Assembly: GCA_025558095.1 (NCBI GenBank)
Contig: JAIVFI010000018.1
Coordinates: 1-64,000, forward strand
Direction of reading: 5' to 3'
Length of the DNA stretch: 64,000 bases
Origin: Hyaloraphidium curvatum SAG 235-1
Lineage: Eukaryota > Fungi > Monoblepharomycota
Part shown: piece after piece, positions 45,409 to 57,191 of the stretch
How the letters are laid out: each line of letters opens with the position of its first letter
Numbering within the stretch: the stretch's first letter is position 1
Notes under the pieces: model-generated
The model's database searches: none
Seen by the model: only the letters and a program-made list of their open reading frames with translations
What the model was told of the DNA's origin: nothing
Position numbers and translations under genes: made by a program

Positions 45409-48056
45409 CTATAGGCCCTCGAGAATCCTCTTCAACTCGTCCGCCACGTCGCCGAACCGCGGCCTTGCGGCTGCATCCGACTGCCAGCACCTCTGCATCA
45501 GCATCCACGTGGCGTCCGGGCAGCGATCCGGCCTCTGCGGGCGGAACAAAGGGTCGCCTAGTATCCGGGCGCCGAAAGCGTCCAGGTCCACGCCCCGCCC
45601 GTGGAGGAACTTGTTGGCCTCGTGGATCTCGTCGGCCAGAGGGATGTCTCCCTCGGAGAGGAGCTCCCACATGGTCATGCCGAAAGCGTAAACGTCCGTA
45701 GCCGTGCCCGGTGTCGGCTGGGGCTTCTTGAACGCTGAGACCAATGACGCACCAGGTTACACTGTCGCTCATATGCGTCCGCTGCCGATCACTCACTCTC
45801 CGGCGCCATGTACGAAGGCGTCCCGCCTCCCCGGTTCGTCGCGCGCAGCGAGGCCGTGGTCCTGATCTTGGCCAGGCCAAAGTCCGAGACCTTGGCCACG
45901 CCGTTCTCGTCCACGAGGATGTTCTCGGCCTTGAGGTCCAGGTGGAGGATCGGCGTCGGCAGCGAATGGAGGTGGTTCATCCCGCGGGCGACCTGGAACA
46001 GCAGCTGGTGCACCGCACGCGCTTCGTACGCCTTCGGCTTCAGCCCGCTGAGGTACTTCTTGGCGGTGCCGCCTGCCATGAACAGCGTGACCAGACACAG
46101 CGGCTCGCGACACCATCCCATCAGAGGCAAAACTACGGAGCGGTGCGTCAGACGATTCTTTACGAGCAGTTTGCCAAGGCTTCCCTCACCGTTGACATGG
46201 TAAGGCAAACGCGACCAGACGTCCATCTCCCGTTCGAGCTCCGCAACGGCCTTGTCGAGCTGCTTGCCGGTCGGGGTGGAGCCGTTGATCACCTTGAGCG
46301 CGACCTTGGTGTGCCTTTGGTAGGTTGCCTCGAACACCGTCCCGAAGCCTCCCGCTGCAATGAATCGACCTTGCTCCAGGTGATTCGAGTCGATCTCGTG
46401 GCTGCTCCTGGAGATCCGCCCGCCGCCGTCGGGAGGGATTGGTTCCGCCGCGGGGTGCGGCGCGATTGCCCCCTCGTATCCACTGTCGCCACGGGCCTGC
46501 TTCGCGCCCTCCTCGGCGATCCTGCGCTCGAATTCCAGCTCCCGCAGCCGTAGCTCCTCCATGCGCCGCGCGAGCTCGGCTTGTTGCTCCGCAGCGGCCC
46601 TGGCGCGCTCCTGGGCCTCGCGGCCCTCGCGCTCGAGCCGCTCCGCCTCGAGGCGCTGTTGGGCAAGCTTCCTCGCGAGCTCCGCCTCCTCCTGCTCACG
46701 CCGGAGCTTCGCCGCGGCCCCGAGCTCCGCAGCCGCCCTTGCGCGCTCCTCGGCCTAGCGGCGCTCGCGCTCGAGCCGTTCCGCCTCGAGGCGCTGCTGG
46801 GCAAGCTTCCGCGCGGCCTCCGCCTCCTGCTCGCGTCTGAGCTTCGCAGCGGTCTCGAGCTCCTGCAGCCGCTTGCGCTCGCGCTCCTCCTGCACCCGCT
46901 GTCGCTCGAGCGCGGCCCGCTCCTCGGCCCTGCGCCGATCCTCGAGCTTCTTGCGCTCCCGGAGCGCCCTTTCCTTCCGAGCCGGGTCCTTGAGTGCATT
47001 CTTGATTTGTTCAGACACCCCACCAAGCTCAATGAGCGAATGGTTGAACTCGAGAGCGGAAAGGAGAGCGCGCTCGCCCTCCTCCGAGACCTTACCAAGA
47101 TCTAGCGTGGTAAGAGTGGTGTTCACCTTAAGCCCCTCGGCAAGCGCACGAGCTCCATCGTCCCCGATTCCACAAATTAGCGAAAGGTGAGTCAACGTTG
47201 AGTTCTCCTTCAGGGCATCCCCGAACGAACGTGTACCAGCGTCCTCCAGGTAATCACAAATCCATTCGCCATCTCCGTCATTGTAGTTGGCGTCGAGATA
47301 AAGGTATTTTAGGGTCGAGTTGGCCCTCAGCCCTTCAGCAAGGGCTCGCGCACCTTCCGCTCCAATCACGCAGTTGCTCAGGTTCACAGTGATCAGTACA
47401 CGATTCCTCTTCAGAACTTCTCCCAGCGCACGTGCTCCTTCGTCCTCTATCGCATTGTACTCCAGGCTCAGGCTGGTCAGCGTGGAGTTGACCAACAGTG
47501 CTTTTCCCAACGCCCGTGCGCCATCAGGCCCGACACCGTTTGCCGAAAGCTCCAAATCTTTGAGCGTTGAGTTGACCTTTAAAGTGTCCGCGAGCGCCCG
47601 CGCGCCCTCGTCCCCGATTGTGTTCACCTGCCATTGCCTCAGATTCGGATTGTGCCTCCCCTGCTCTCCAATTCCAAGCCAGAGCGTTGTCAGTGTGGCG
47701 TTCACTTTGAGTGCCTCCGCAAGGGCCAGAGCAGCCTCAGGCTCGAGGCAGTTGATGTATCGCAGGTTCAGGGTCGAGACGGTCGAGTTGTGCTTGAGCG
47801 CGTCCGCGAGCGCTCGGGCACCAACAGTTCTGGCGTAGCAGCCTTCAAAGTCCAGCTCCTTGACAGTATTGTTCTTCTTGAGCGCCTCCGAAAGAGCGCG
47901 CCACGCGTCCTCGTCGATGAAGTATTTCCCACCGAAGTTAAGAGGCTGCTCCACCCGTGTCTGCCCCGCCAACTTGCGACGCCAGTAGGCCGGGTCCTCC
48001 TCCGGTTTCGACGCATCGGGCCGCTTCGCGCCAAAGGCCGCGAGGACCTTCTTCAT
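45409..48056 (-). pseudogene. RNI-type LRR + coiled-coil + TKL-like kinase, split by an in-frame TAG
   Basis: About nine 28-aa LRRs (ARALAEALKVNSTLTTL); TAG at 46755-46757; kinase motifs AGGFG, VALK, HLDLKAEN, DFG, GTPSYMAPE; intron 46133-46189 and another near 45.73-45.79 kb. Confidence 0.8.
46585..46850 (-). repeat. Two about 45-codon tandem repeats in the coiled-coil linker
   Basis: AAKLRREQE..ARKLAQQRLEAERLERE.R(*/E)A.ERARAAAE occurs twice. Confidence 0.8.
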
Positions 48057-48359
48057 CACCAGCGACGGAGCGCGGGCCGGGGCGCGCCGTGGCGCACAGG
48101 TGCTTCACGGTTTGACTGACTGACTGACTTCCGCCGCGGGCCCGGGACCGATATCGGGGACTCGCGCCCTCCCCAGATCCCAACGAATCCAGCTTTTGAA
48201 GCTAATCGACTACTTTCGGAGCATCACGATGACCCCTTTCCATCCCCTCGAAGCCAGTCATTTACCTCCGCTCCGGGCCCTCGGTGACTGGGGGTCACGT
48301 GACCCCCCACCTGCTGTCTGCAAACGCGACGCCATCCGCCCTGCCCGCGCCATCCCGCG

Positions 48360-49543
48360 ATGGACGCCAGCGGGCACCTCCTCTCCGCGCTTCGCGGCCT
48401 GCGCATCTCCTGCGTGGTGCCCCCGCGGCCGTTTGCCTCACCCGGCGCCCGCGCCTTCCGCGCGTCGCCGCCCGCGCAGGCGCTGGTCCCGTGGGTCGCG
48501 CGCCCCGGCCGCGTCCGCAGAGCGCCGCCGGCAAAGGCGCTCAAGGCAAACCCGCGGCTGGCGCGGTCGGAGGAGAAACGCAAGGCCGCGGGGCGCAGCT
48601 GGCCGACGGTCGAGTCGACGGGCATCCTCATCAAGCGGGGCGACCGCTCGGAGCCGCCGCCGGTGCGGTGGCTGGATTGGCGGGGGAGCATGGGCCTCGG
48701 TGGGATGCCTCGTCGAGGAAGCGGGATCCGGTCTAATTGGTGGTCTTCTCCGCTACCGACGTGCTTCTTCTCGCGGCACGACTTGATCCTCCTCAAAACC
48801 TGAATCGGCGGCAATCTATCGTCTGGGCATCGTTTCCCGCAACAGCAACAGCAAGTTCCGAAACGCAGGACGCCGCCGCCCTCCGCGCCGCCAACGCCGC
48901 CCTCCGCGAGGAGCTCCTCTCCCCCTCCCCCTCCGTCCGGCTAGGCCGCGCCCTCGACCCCGTCGACCCCGCCAAGCTCCCCTCGGTCCCCGCCGCAGGC
49001 CCCTACTTCCACTCGGCGGTGACCCCGGCCGAGATCGCCTTCGCGACGGAGGAGGCGCCGAAAGCGCTGGGCGGGGATCCGCAGGAGCTCGAGGACAGGG
49101 CGGAGATGGTGCGGCGGGCGGCGAGCCTGGAGAACGCGTCGATGAGGCAGGTGGCGGCGTTCAACCGGGCGAGGATGGTGGGGTTGTTTGGGCGGAGGGA
49201 GGGGGATACGGGGTCGTCCGAGGTCAAGGGTGGGTTTGCCGCCGTGTTCCGAGGGTTGCCGCAAGCTGACCTGCTTGGAAGCCGCCGTCTGGACCGCCCG
49301 GATAAAAGCCATCCGGGAGCACCTCGAGTCGTGCGGATACAAGGATAAGCACGCGCGGCGTCGGCTCGCGATGCTCGAGTCGAGGAGGGCAAAGGAGCTG
49401 CTCTACCTGCGGCGCAAGGTGGGCGTACCGGCGGCTGCAGTTGCCGGCATCGGACTGATCCGCTTCCCGCACAGAACCTGAAGCAGTTCGTCGAGGTCAG
49501 CAAGGCGCTGGGCGTGGACCCCGGCCGGTTCGTCGGGCTGTAG
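48360..49543 (+). CDS. Mitochondrial ribosomal protein uS15 family
   Basis: DTGSSEVK..AVWTARI...EHL...KDKHARRRL.ML...R.K.L.YLRRK S15 signature; presequence-like N-terminus; several introns. Confidence 0.85.
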
Positions 49544-49660
49544 GCATCGCGGGACCTGGCGCGACGATTCGCCTCGGAATAGAGGGCGAGGATCTGGATT
49601 CGGCACACACACGCGTGGCGGTCCGAGAACATCGATCTTGTCCGGGATCGGTACACGGAA

Positions 49661-50215
49661 TCACACCTTGGGCTTGACCGGCGTCTGCTGGAGGAACTCG
49701 ACCCTGGCAGCGCCAACGAACGGTCATTCTCAAGTCCGCTGCCCTTGACCCGGCATGCCGCAACCCACCAGTTCCCATCCGGGTCCTCGACGATGCTGAT
49801 CCTGATCCCGGGCCTGAAATCCACCGGCTTGACCCTCACCGGCGCCCCGCCCGCCTCGGCCTGCTTCGTCACGGCGTCGACATCCTTGACGGTGATGGTG
49901 AAGTACCGCATCCCCGTCGCCGCGGCCATCCCGCCGGGCGGGTTCGAGCCGGCGGGGAGCTTGCCCTGCGTGACGAGCTTGAGCACCGTGGTGCCGATCA
50001 GGATGCGGTCCATCTTGCCGCCGCCGGCCATGGGGAGGGTGCCTTCGAGCGGGAGGCCGAGGGTGTCCTTGTAGAAGGCCAGCATCTGGGATTCGGGCGG
50101 GGGGACGGGCGTGGGTGACATTCGGCGGCGGGAGCGGAGACGGGTGCACCTTGGGCCCGTCGCGGACGACGATGCCGAGGTCGATCGAGTCCTTGGCCAC
50201 CTGCAGGGCCGGCAT
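49661..50215 (-). CDS. Glyoxalase/bleomycin-resistance (VOC) family protein
   Basis: IDLGIVVRD..K|MLAFYKDTLGL...YFTITVKDVD...EDPDGNW|VEFLQ; two introns. Confidence 0.88.
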
Positions 50216-50382
50216 CTTTGCGGGCGCGGCGGGGAAGAAGTGTCGCGGGAAACGGACGAACGAGCCGACGCGTCGAAGCGCGGAGTAACCCCGCGGTAGA
50301 CCGTCTTCATGTCAAGCCCGATCTGCCCTAAAGGCCTCCATTTACTGATTTCAAGCATCAAGACATTTCCCTAGCCGTAAGA

Positions 50383-52844
50383 TCACCTCCTGACACCGGC
50401 CTCCGAGAACTTGTCCTCGTACTCCTCCCACGCCGCCTTCCACTCGCCTCCTCGGCTCTCCGCCATCCTCCTGGCCAGCCGGGGCCCCGAGATCATATCC
50501 TTCTGCGTCGCCGCCTGCGCGAGGAGCTTCTTGAACATCCCCGGCCCCCGCTTCTCGTTTGGCTTGGTCATGCTCCCCCGCACGGCGTCGCTCGTGACCT
50601 TGGGGCGTTTGCCGCGCTCCGGGGCGAGCAGCCAGCCCACCAGCAAGGAGTCGCCCCTGCGCACGGCCCACGTAAGCACGTCGGAGAGCGACCCGGTGTT
50701 GTCGTTCGCGAGCTCGAGGAAGGCAATGATGGTGTCGTTGGTGGGGTACCGATTCGCGTCCTTGCCGAGGAACTCGCGGACAAAGTCGTGCACAGTGAAC
50801 GCACCGGTACCGGCTCTGGTAGCACCGCCTCCGAGTGGTATCAGCTTGCGGATGTCCTGGAATCGAAGGCACTTTGCTCAAGTCTGCGAGATCAGGGCCA
50901 GCAAGCAACAAACCTCGACGTTGCCGGCATCGATCGCAGCCCTGATGTCGTACGCAACGACGTCATCGACCGCGGAATGGTTCGGAATAAACGCGCGGTT
51001 GGTGGTGTTGCTCAGGGCGGTCCTGTTCCGGACGAGTTCCTCGGCGGTCCCGAGGTGCGGCCGGATGACGTCCCGCCTTGCCTTGTCGCCCGCGAACCAC
51101 TGCAGGAGCTGCTTCTTGCCCGTTTTGTCTTTCCACAGGTGCGAGTACGCGTCGAGCGCCGCCTTGAGGAGATCGGGCTGGGCGCCAGCCGCGGTCGGGG
51201 CCCGGAAGAGCGACGAAAGGACCGACAGGGCGTGCTCCCGCGAGAGCTCGACCTTCTCGACGACGAAAATACGCGTTCGGAGGGAGAGGGTGGCGTCGAG
51301 GATCAGGAAAACCGCGTCGGGGGCGCCAATCGTGGCCCCGGCCTTCATGAGCTGGCGCGCAGAAGCCACGTCGTTCGCCTTGATGGCCGCCAGCAGGTTC
51401 TGGTCGTCTTCAGTCATGGTGCTAGTGGTACCCGCGGTGTACCGCTGGATCACCTTGACCAGCTGCGGCTTCTCGGTCTTGATGCACATCTGTCGACGCC
51501 GGGAGGTTCAGGCAACAAATTGGCACGGCAGGGAAAGCCCACCTCGAGGTACCGCTCCACTTTGACCCTGGCATCGTCCGTAAAGAACCAGCCGTCCGCG
51601 AGTCGTTGATTGAGCAGCGCGGCAAGGGCGTCCTCCGTGGACTGGTTGGGGCCGTGGCAGCAAATGGCTGCCCACACAGCGTCCAGCACGTCCGGGTTAT
51701 CCTTCGTCGCATTGCTGTTGTAGGGCACGCGGGCACCCGCGTGAACGACAACTCTAAAGGAAGTGCGAAGAAGCGTAAGGTTCGACGGCCTGCGCTGGCG
51801 GCCTCGCACCTACTGGTAAGCCAGGGCCGTGGTAGTTGGCACGTAGGTGAGCTCGACTTCGGGTAGAGCTTGCGGATCGGCGGAAATGACTTTGTTCAGC
51901 AGAATCCTGCTGAGGCTGCGCGCGGTCTTGGATCGCCGGTCCTGTTCGGAGTAGGGCTCCCGCTCTGGAGGTAGCTCCGACGACAGCAGCTCCCGGGCGC
52001 GCGCCGATTCCCAGAAGAAGTTGCCCTCGCTGGCATCCACCTGCACGCCCAGCTCGAGAAGACGATTGATTGCTCCGACAGCATTGCGGCTGACGGCCTC
52101 AACGAGGAGCATGTGGCCGCCGTTGAGTGCCTCGATCCCCATGTCGGCACCGTGCACGCACAGGGGCGCGCGACCTCTCGCCGAGTAATCCTCAAACGCG
52201 TCCCTGAAGTTGCGACCGCTGGTGGAGAGACCGGCGACGGAAAAATTGGGATCGAACAAGAATTGGTGCCGCAAGGCCCCCACAGCGATCGCGACGTCGT
52301 CCGTCCCCGCCACGCCGATACGCTTGCCTTCCTTGACCAAGTACAGAAGCTCCGAAGGCACCTTAGACCCTTCCAGCTTGACCAGCGCCCTGAACGAGAC
52401 CTCGTCGTTCGCGGAAAACGGGTCGAACCCCGTCCCCGGATCTCGCCCCGGCGGCCAGAGCTCGAGCCCAAAGCGCAGCACCGGCACCAGCAGCTCTGGC
52501 CTCTCCCCATTTGCGAATCTCCTGTAGAGCCTTTGCAGCACGTAACGGGGCACCGTTCCGGCCCGGCGGAAGACGCCCTCGACCACGTCAGCGGTCAAGA
52601 GACCGAGCCAGCACGCCATTCCCTCCCCGACGTGCCGGGTGCCGTACACCGTGACCAGAAACGAAATCCGGCACGAGATCGATTGCCCGATGGCGTGCAT
52701 GTCGCGGCAAGTGCGGAGGAGGTTCGACGGGTCGCCGTGCGGGTGGAGCTTCGTGCGGCCCGAGAAGGACACGACGTGCTCGAGGCACTCGGGCGGGAGA
52801 GCGAAGAGCGGAGACTGCGGCTGCGGGCGGCTGGCGAGCGGCAT
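50383..52844 (-). CDS. Multi-exon protein with F-box-like N-terminus and ankyrin-like helical segments
   Basis: LFALPPECLEHVVSF; LLVEAVSRNAVGAINRLLELGVQVD; LLAAIKANDVASARQLMKAGATI; exons joined across 51.8, 51.5 and 50.85 kb. Confidence 0.65.
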
Positions 52845-53007
52845 CGTTGGAGACGAAAGGGAAAGAGACGGGTGGGAAAAGCCGAAAAAGAACGACGGAG
52901 AGACGAATCGCAGGGATGATGACTCGCGGGCGTGTCTCGCCAATTCATTATGCCAGCGTCGAAGTAGATATAGATCCGATTATCCTCTACATAATAGCAG
53001 CGCGCCA

Positions 53008-55013
53008 TCATGGACCGCAGTGGAACTTGTCGGTCGCCTTGTACTTTCTCCTCGTTGCCCTGCTCGAGTTCCGGTGGCTCCACCCGAGGTCCAGGCCGCA
53101 GTCGGTCTGCACGTTCTTCATCCCGTACAGATCGACGAGGCCCGCGGCGTGGGCGAGGAAGGCGCCGGTGTAGTCCTGCGCGGGCTCGGTGTAGGTGTAG
53201 TTCCTTTGTCCGGGCGGGGCGTCAGAAGTCGATCTCGCCGCCCCCGGGAAAGCCCCACCAGTGGTCGTCCACGACCGTGTCGTCAGGCAACGGCCCGCCC
53301 AGCAGCGCCCCGTATGCGATGAACTGATTCTTGTGGTTCCACTTGCCGACGCCCTGCAGCACAAAGTCGCGCTGGATGATGCCGAGCTTCTGCCCGCGAA
53401 GGGGAAAGTCGATGAACGAGTTGTAGGACGAGATGTGGGAGGGGTACTGGGGCCAGGAGCCCTTGCCGAAGCCCACGAGGAAGGAGAACGGCTTCTTGAG
53501 GCCCGGCTTGCCCTTGTTGTCGCCGAGCTGCACGCGGAGGGTCAGCGCGGATGTCGGATAGGAGCCACAGGATGCCCACGATGTAGTTCGCCTGCGTCAC
53601 CGCCCAATTCGCCAGCTTCGTCGCGTACGCGTCCGCAGGATCAAACGTCCTCAGGAACTTGGCGTGCCGCAGCGCGAGGAAAGCCGCGTGCGAGGCGCCG
53701 CCCAGCGCACCCCAGTTGGGGCCCCTCGCAAGGCCGCGCGGCGTATAGAAGCAGCAGGGGCAGTTTCTGTTGTACCCGGGCGGATCGGGCATCGCCGGGT
53801 CCGGGTTCACGGGATTGGGCTTGCAGTTGCCATACAGCTTGGGGCAGTCGGGCATCCACAGGTCCAGATTCCGCTTGACCTCCGCGGCGTACTTTGAGGT
53901 CTTGTTGTTGTCGATGACCGCGAGGAGGTGGCTGAGGGGCTGGAACTTGTTCTCCCAGTCGAAGTACTGCAGGCCGCGGGGGTGCGCTCCGGCCAGGCGG
54001 AGGAAGCGGGCGTCCTCGAAGTCCCAGGCCTGACGGGCGCGGTCGAGGTAGGCGGCCTCGTTGGTGGCGAGGTAGAGGAAGATGGCCGCGATGCCGATCT
54101 CGTCCTCGTACGAAGTGGAAGGGTAGTACTGGGCTGCAAACGAGGGCAACTGTTAGAGCAGCTCCAACGTTCGCTGCGGGAGTAACTCACCGTGAGACTT
54201 GAACGCGGCGGTCTTGTTTCCCCAGGCCATGTAGGTTCCCGGGTACTTGGTCGCAAAGTCGTACAGGTCCTTCGCCGATTGCAGGCACCTCGCTGCAAAC
54301 GCCGCGTCCGTGCTCCTCAGGGTGAGGTACGCCAGCGACATTCCCGCCGACGCAGCGCCGATGATCTCGGAACTCGGGTGCTGCGGGGTGATGTACCCCG
54401 AGAACTTGGGCCCAGCGCGCCTGAAGCCCATCGCCGACACCCACTCCTCCGGCGGCCCCTGGTACAGGAAATCCACCCCCTCCCCGACTCCCATCATCCC
54501 GATGAACTTGTACTTGGCCACGTGCGCCTTCAGCGTGTACTCGGCCCCAATCCGCACCCAGTCCCTGGCCTCGGTGACCTCGCCGATCCCCGTTAGCGCA
54601 GCCTCGTGTGCGTACAGCGCCCAGCCCATCATCCAGTGTGTGTGCGCGAACGGGCCTCCGAACTTGAGCGCGTTGGTCGCCTCGTACCACCCGCCCGACA
54701 TGTCCTCGCCCGCCGGCCCTTTGCAGTCCATGCAGCTGTCCCCGCGCCACGCGAGCCTCTGGTACGGCAGCTTTCCGCTGCGCTGGCCCCAGAAGTAGAG
54801 GTACGACAGGTGTACGGCCCGGGAGTAGTCGTACTTGGGGAGGCGGGGAGTGGGTGGGGGGATGGCCTGCCTCTTTGCTAGGCGCGAGTCGGCGGCGTCC
54901 GCTTCCGGCGCCCGGGGGGCGGCAGCGGCCTCCCAGGGGGCCGCAAGTAGCAGTACGAGTGCCAGTAATGCGCCGTGCCGCGCGATGGCCCGCGCACGCG
55001 CGCAGAATGCCAT
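53008..55013 (-). CDS. Secreted glycoside hydrolase family 9 (endoglucanase-like) with variant catalytic motif
   Basis: Signal peptide; GQRSGKLP...WRGDS...DMSGGWYEATNALKF; YEDE, FDWENK, SFLVGFG..P..PSH, YTEPAQDY; three introns. Confidence 0.9.
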
Positions 55014-55655
55014 TTTGCCGAATGCGGCGGGGAGGCGGCGAATGGCGAGAGAAGTCTGTCGGCCGCGCCCCTGGCGTCCGAATCCGCCTGTGAGCCCGCC
55101 AAAGGACTCCCCCGACGCCGATGGGACACTGAAGGAGCGGCAAGGGCGCGGAAGGGTGCCGCAGGCGGAATGCCGCTTTCGGGGACGCCGTTGGGTCGCC
55201 GTTGGGCTCGCGTGGCGGAGCGGCTGCGGCTCTCTCCTAAACCTTGCCGTCACGCCAAAACCCCCCGATCAGCTTTCTTATCTGCAGTTTCCCGGCAAGG
55301 CAAAGGTGACATCCTGCACCTCCACGGTCATCAAGTCTGGAACCGCTTCGACCGGAACAGTTGAGCGGGTTGTGGACGTGCCTCACCTCTTGTATGGCCC
55401 TCCTGCGAGGCACTCCCCATCATCACGGAGGACAGCGGCATCCCAGCGAGGCTTCTGCGGGGGGCATGCTCTGCTTTGTGGCGTGGATGTCGGTACGAGC
55501 AAGCAAACTTCCATTCGGTATTGACCTTCGATGTACGCGCTGATGTCGGAATGTGGAGGACACGATCTTCCTCCGCCCATGAAGCACCGCAAAATGTCCG
55601 GTTCGTCCAAACTGATCTACTAGTTCCGCAGGGGAACACTATGGCGCTGTGGGAT

Positions 55656-55979
55656 TCATCCTCGTGCACCCTGCGAGCTCTCGCCTCGCGTCCGCCTCCA
55701 GCGCCTCGCTTGGGTCCGAGGCGCTGTAGTGTCCCTTCCTTGGACGTTAACGTTGTCGGGGAGAGGAGCCGGAGGCGAGTACGCTCCCTCGGACCGGGGC
55801 ACGGGCGTCTGGGTGTGGGCGGCGGCGAGGACCGGGCGGATGGTGCTGGAGCGCCGCTCGTCTAATGTGGCGGCGCGGGGGGCCGCAGGAGGCGAGGCGG
55901 CGGTGGTGACCCTCTGGGCGTCCGCGGCTTTGCTGAAGAAGGAAGCGACGAGCAAGGCGATAAGTGGGGCGGTCTCCAT
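55656..55979 (-). CDS. Small ORF with signal-peptide-like start (possibly a remnant)
   Basis: METAPLIALLVASFFSKAADA followed by low-complexity sequence. Confidence 0.3.
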   Translation of the reverse strand: METAPLIALLVASFFSKAADAQRVTTAASPPAAPRAATLDERRSSTIRPVLAAAHTQTPVPRSEGAYSPPAPLPDNVNVQGRDTTAPRTQARRWRRTRGESSQGARG

Positions 55980-56415
55980 GCTCTAACTGGGCTGCGTTTG
56001 CGCTGGCGGTGTTCGGCGTCTGGTCGTCTGCGGACGCTGCTTTCGGAGCTCGTTGACCCGCGCTCAGCGACCACCGATTATGTACCCCGTGCGGTGCAGC
56101 GGGATTTCGGCCGAACGGAGGGCGAAGTGCTGACGGGGCGCAGCGGTCCGCGGAAGCGTCCCTCGGACGAACCGCGGAACGTCCTTGGCGGGTCTGGACT
56201 CGGGGCCCTAGAGGACCCCTTCTCAAATCCGACGCACTGTGGGGCCCGTACCGTGCTCCGGCGGCTTTCAAATGAGCTCCTTTATCAACGGACGGAGTGC
56301 CGTCGGCTTGGGAGGTCGCGCGTTCGCTGGCGAGCGGTATTCGCCGGGCGGCCGACCGGGTTCTGGAGAAGAGCGGCGGAGTGGGAGAGGCACAGCGGTC
56401 CTTCCATATAAGCGG

Positions 56416-57039
56416 ATGTCGCCGCCCTCCTCGGAACAGTCGCCACCGACCGACACAGTGCGCCGCACCGCAGCCCTCGTACTCGCCGCCCTCCTTGCCC
56501 TCGCTTCGCCCGCCCGGGCCTTCTGTATCTACAACGAAGGCAGCCGGGCCATCCTGGTCGTCGACCGGATCCGCACCGCCGTCAACAACAACGACGCTAC
56601 CATCCTGCCTCCCTTTGCCGCGGACGTCCCCTTAAGCACCTGCTCAGTCAACACCGAGCTCTTCCTCGCAGATCGGCCGGGGGCCAAGCAGTGCCGTTTC
56701 CAAGGAGGCACGGGCTCCTACATTTATTATGCAATTCTGCTGGCTGCTGATATCATATGGTTGAAGCCGTCAATGCAAACTATCGATACGCAGTTCGATC
56801 GTGATTACGCGAGTCGTCTGAGCCTGAGCAAACCCTTCCGGCGCCCGGGCGAAGTCAGGTCGCGGTGCTGCCGCCGCCTCGCCGCCTTCGTCCCCGCTCT
56901 TGAACACACATTTGCCCTGTGTCGCGTCGCAGACGGCGCGGAATCGTCTCGTCGGAGCTCTTCGGCCGCCGCTGCTCCCGAGACTCCGTGTGGCGCTTTC
57001 ACAGGACAACTCACTTCGTCCTTCGCGGTGCTCTGCTGA
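56416..57039 (+). CDS. Putative small secreted Cys-containing protein (exon structure unresolved)
   Basis: RRTAALVLAALLALASPARA|FCIYN signal peptide and cleavage site; the downstream part looks intron-containing or degenerate. Confidence 0.4.
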   Translation: MSPPSSEQSPPTDTVRRTAALVLAALLALASPARAFCIYNEGSRAILVVDRIRTAVNNNDATILPPFAADVPLSTCSVNTELFLADRPGAKQCRFQGGTGSYIYYAILLAADIIWLKPSMQTIDTQFDRDYASRLSLSKPFRRPGEVRSRCCRRLAAFVPALEHTFALCRVADGAESSRRSSSAAAAPETPCGAFTGQLTSSFAVLC

Positions 57040-57191
57040 GGTCCCGGGATTTCAGAGACCGCCGCGCGTTTCGCTCCGTGGCTTCCTGCGCGGCGCGTGC
57101 GGCCTCGGTTTTCCTCGTGTCGGCTCCTCAGGTACCCACAGCCTTTGGTGGCGCGCTCTCGGACTCAAGCTGGGCGCCACCGTGGCAGCCG

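Noticed and set aside
2764-46757. TAG reassignment or A-to-I stop correction as an explanation for the two in-frame TAGs
   Set aside because: TAG terminates several clear genes here (hydrolase 42702, GT32 44989, uS15 49543, GT14, trypsin). The two sites correspond to different residues (Ser and Glu), and editing would give Trp.
51805-51820. Apparent third premature TAG (ALAYQ*)
   Set aside because: It overlaps a GTAGGT splice donor, so it is most likely intronic.
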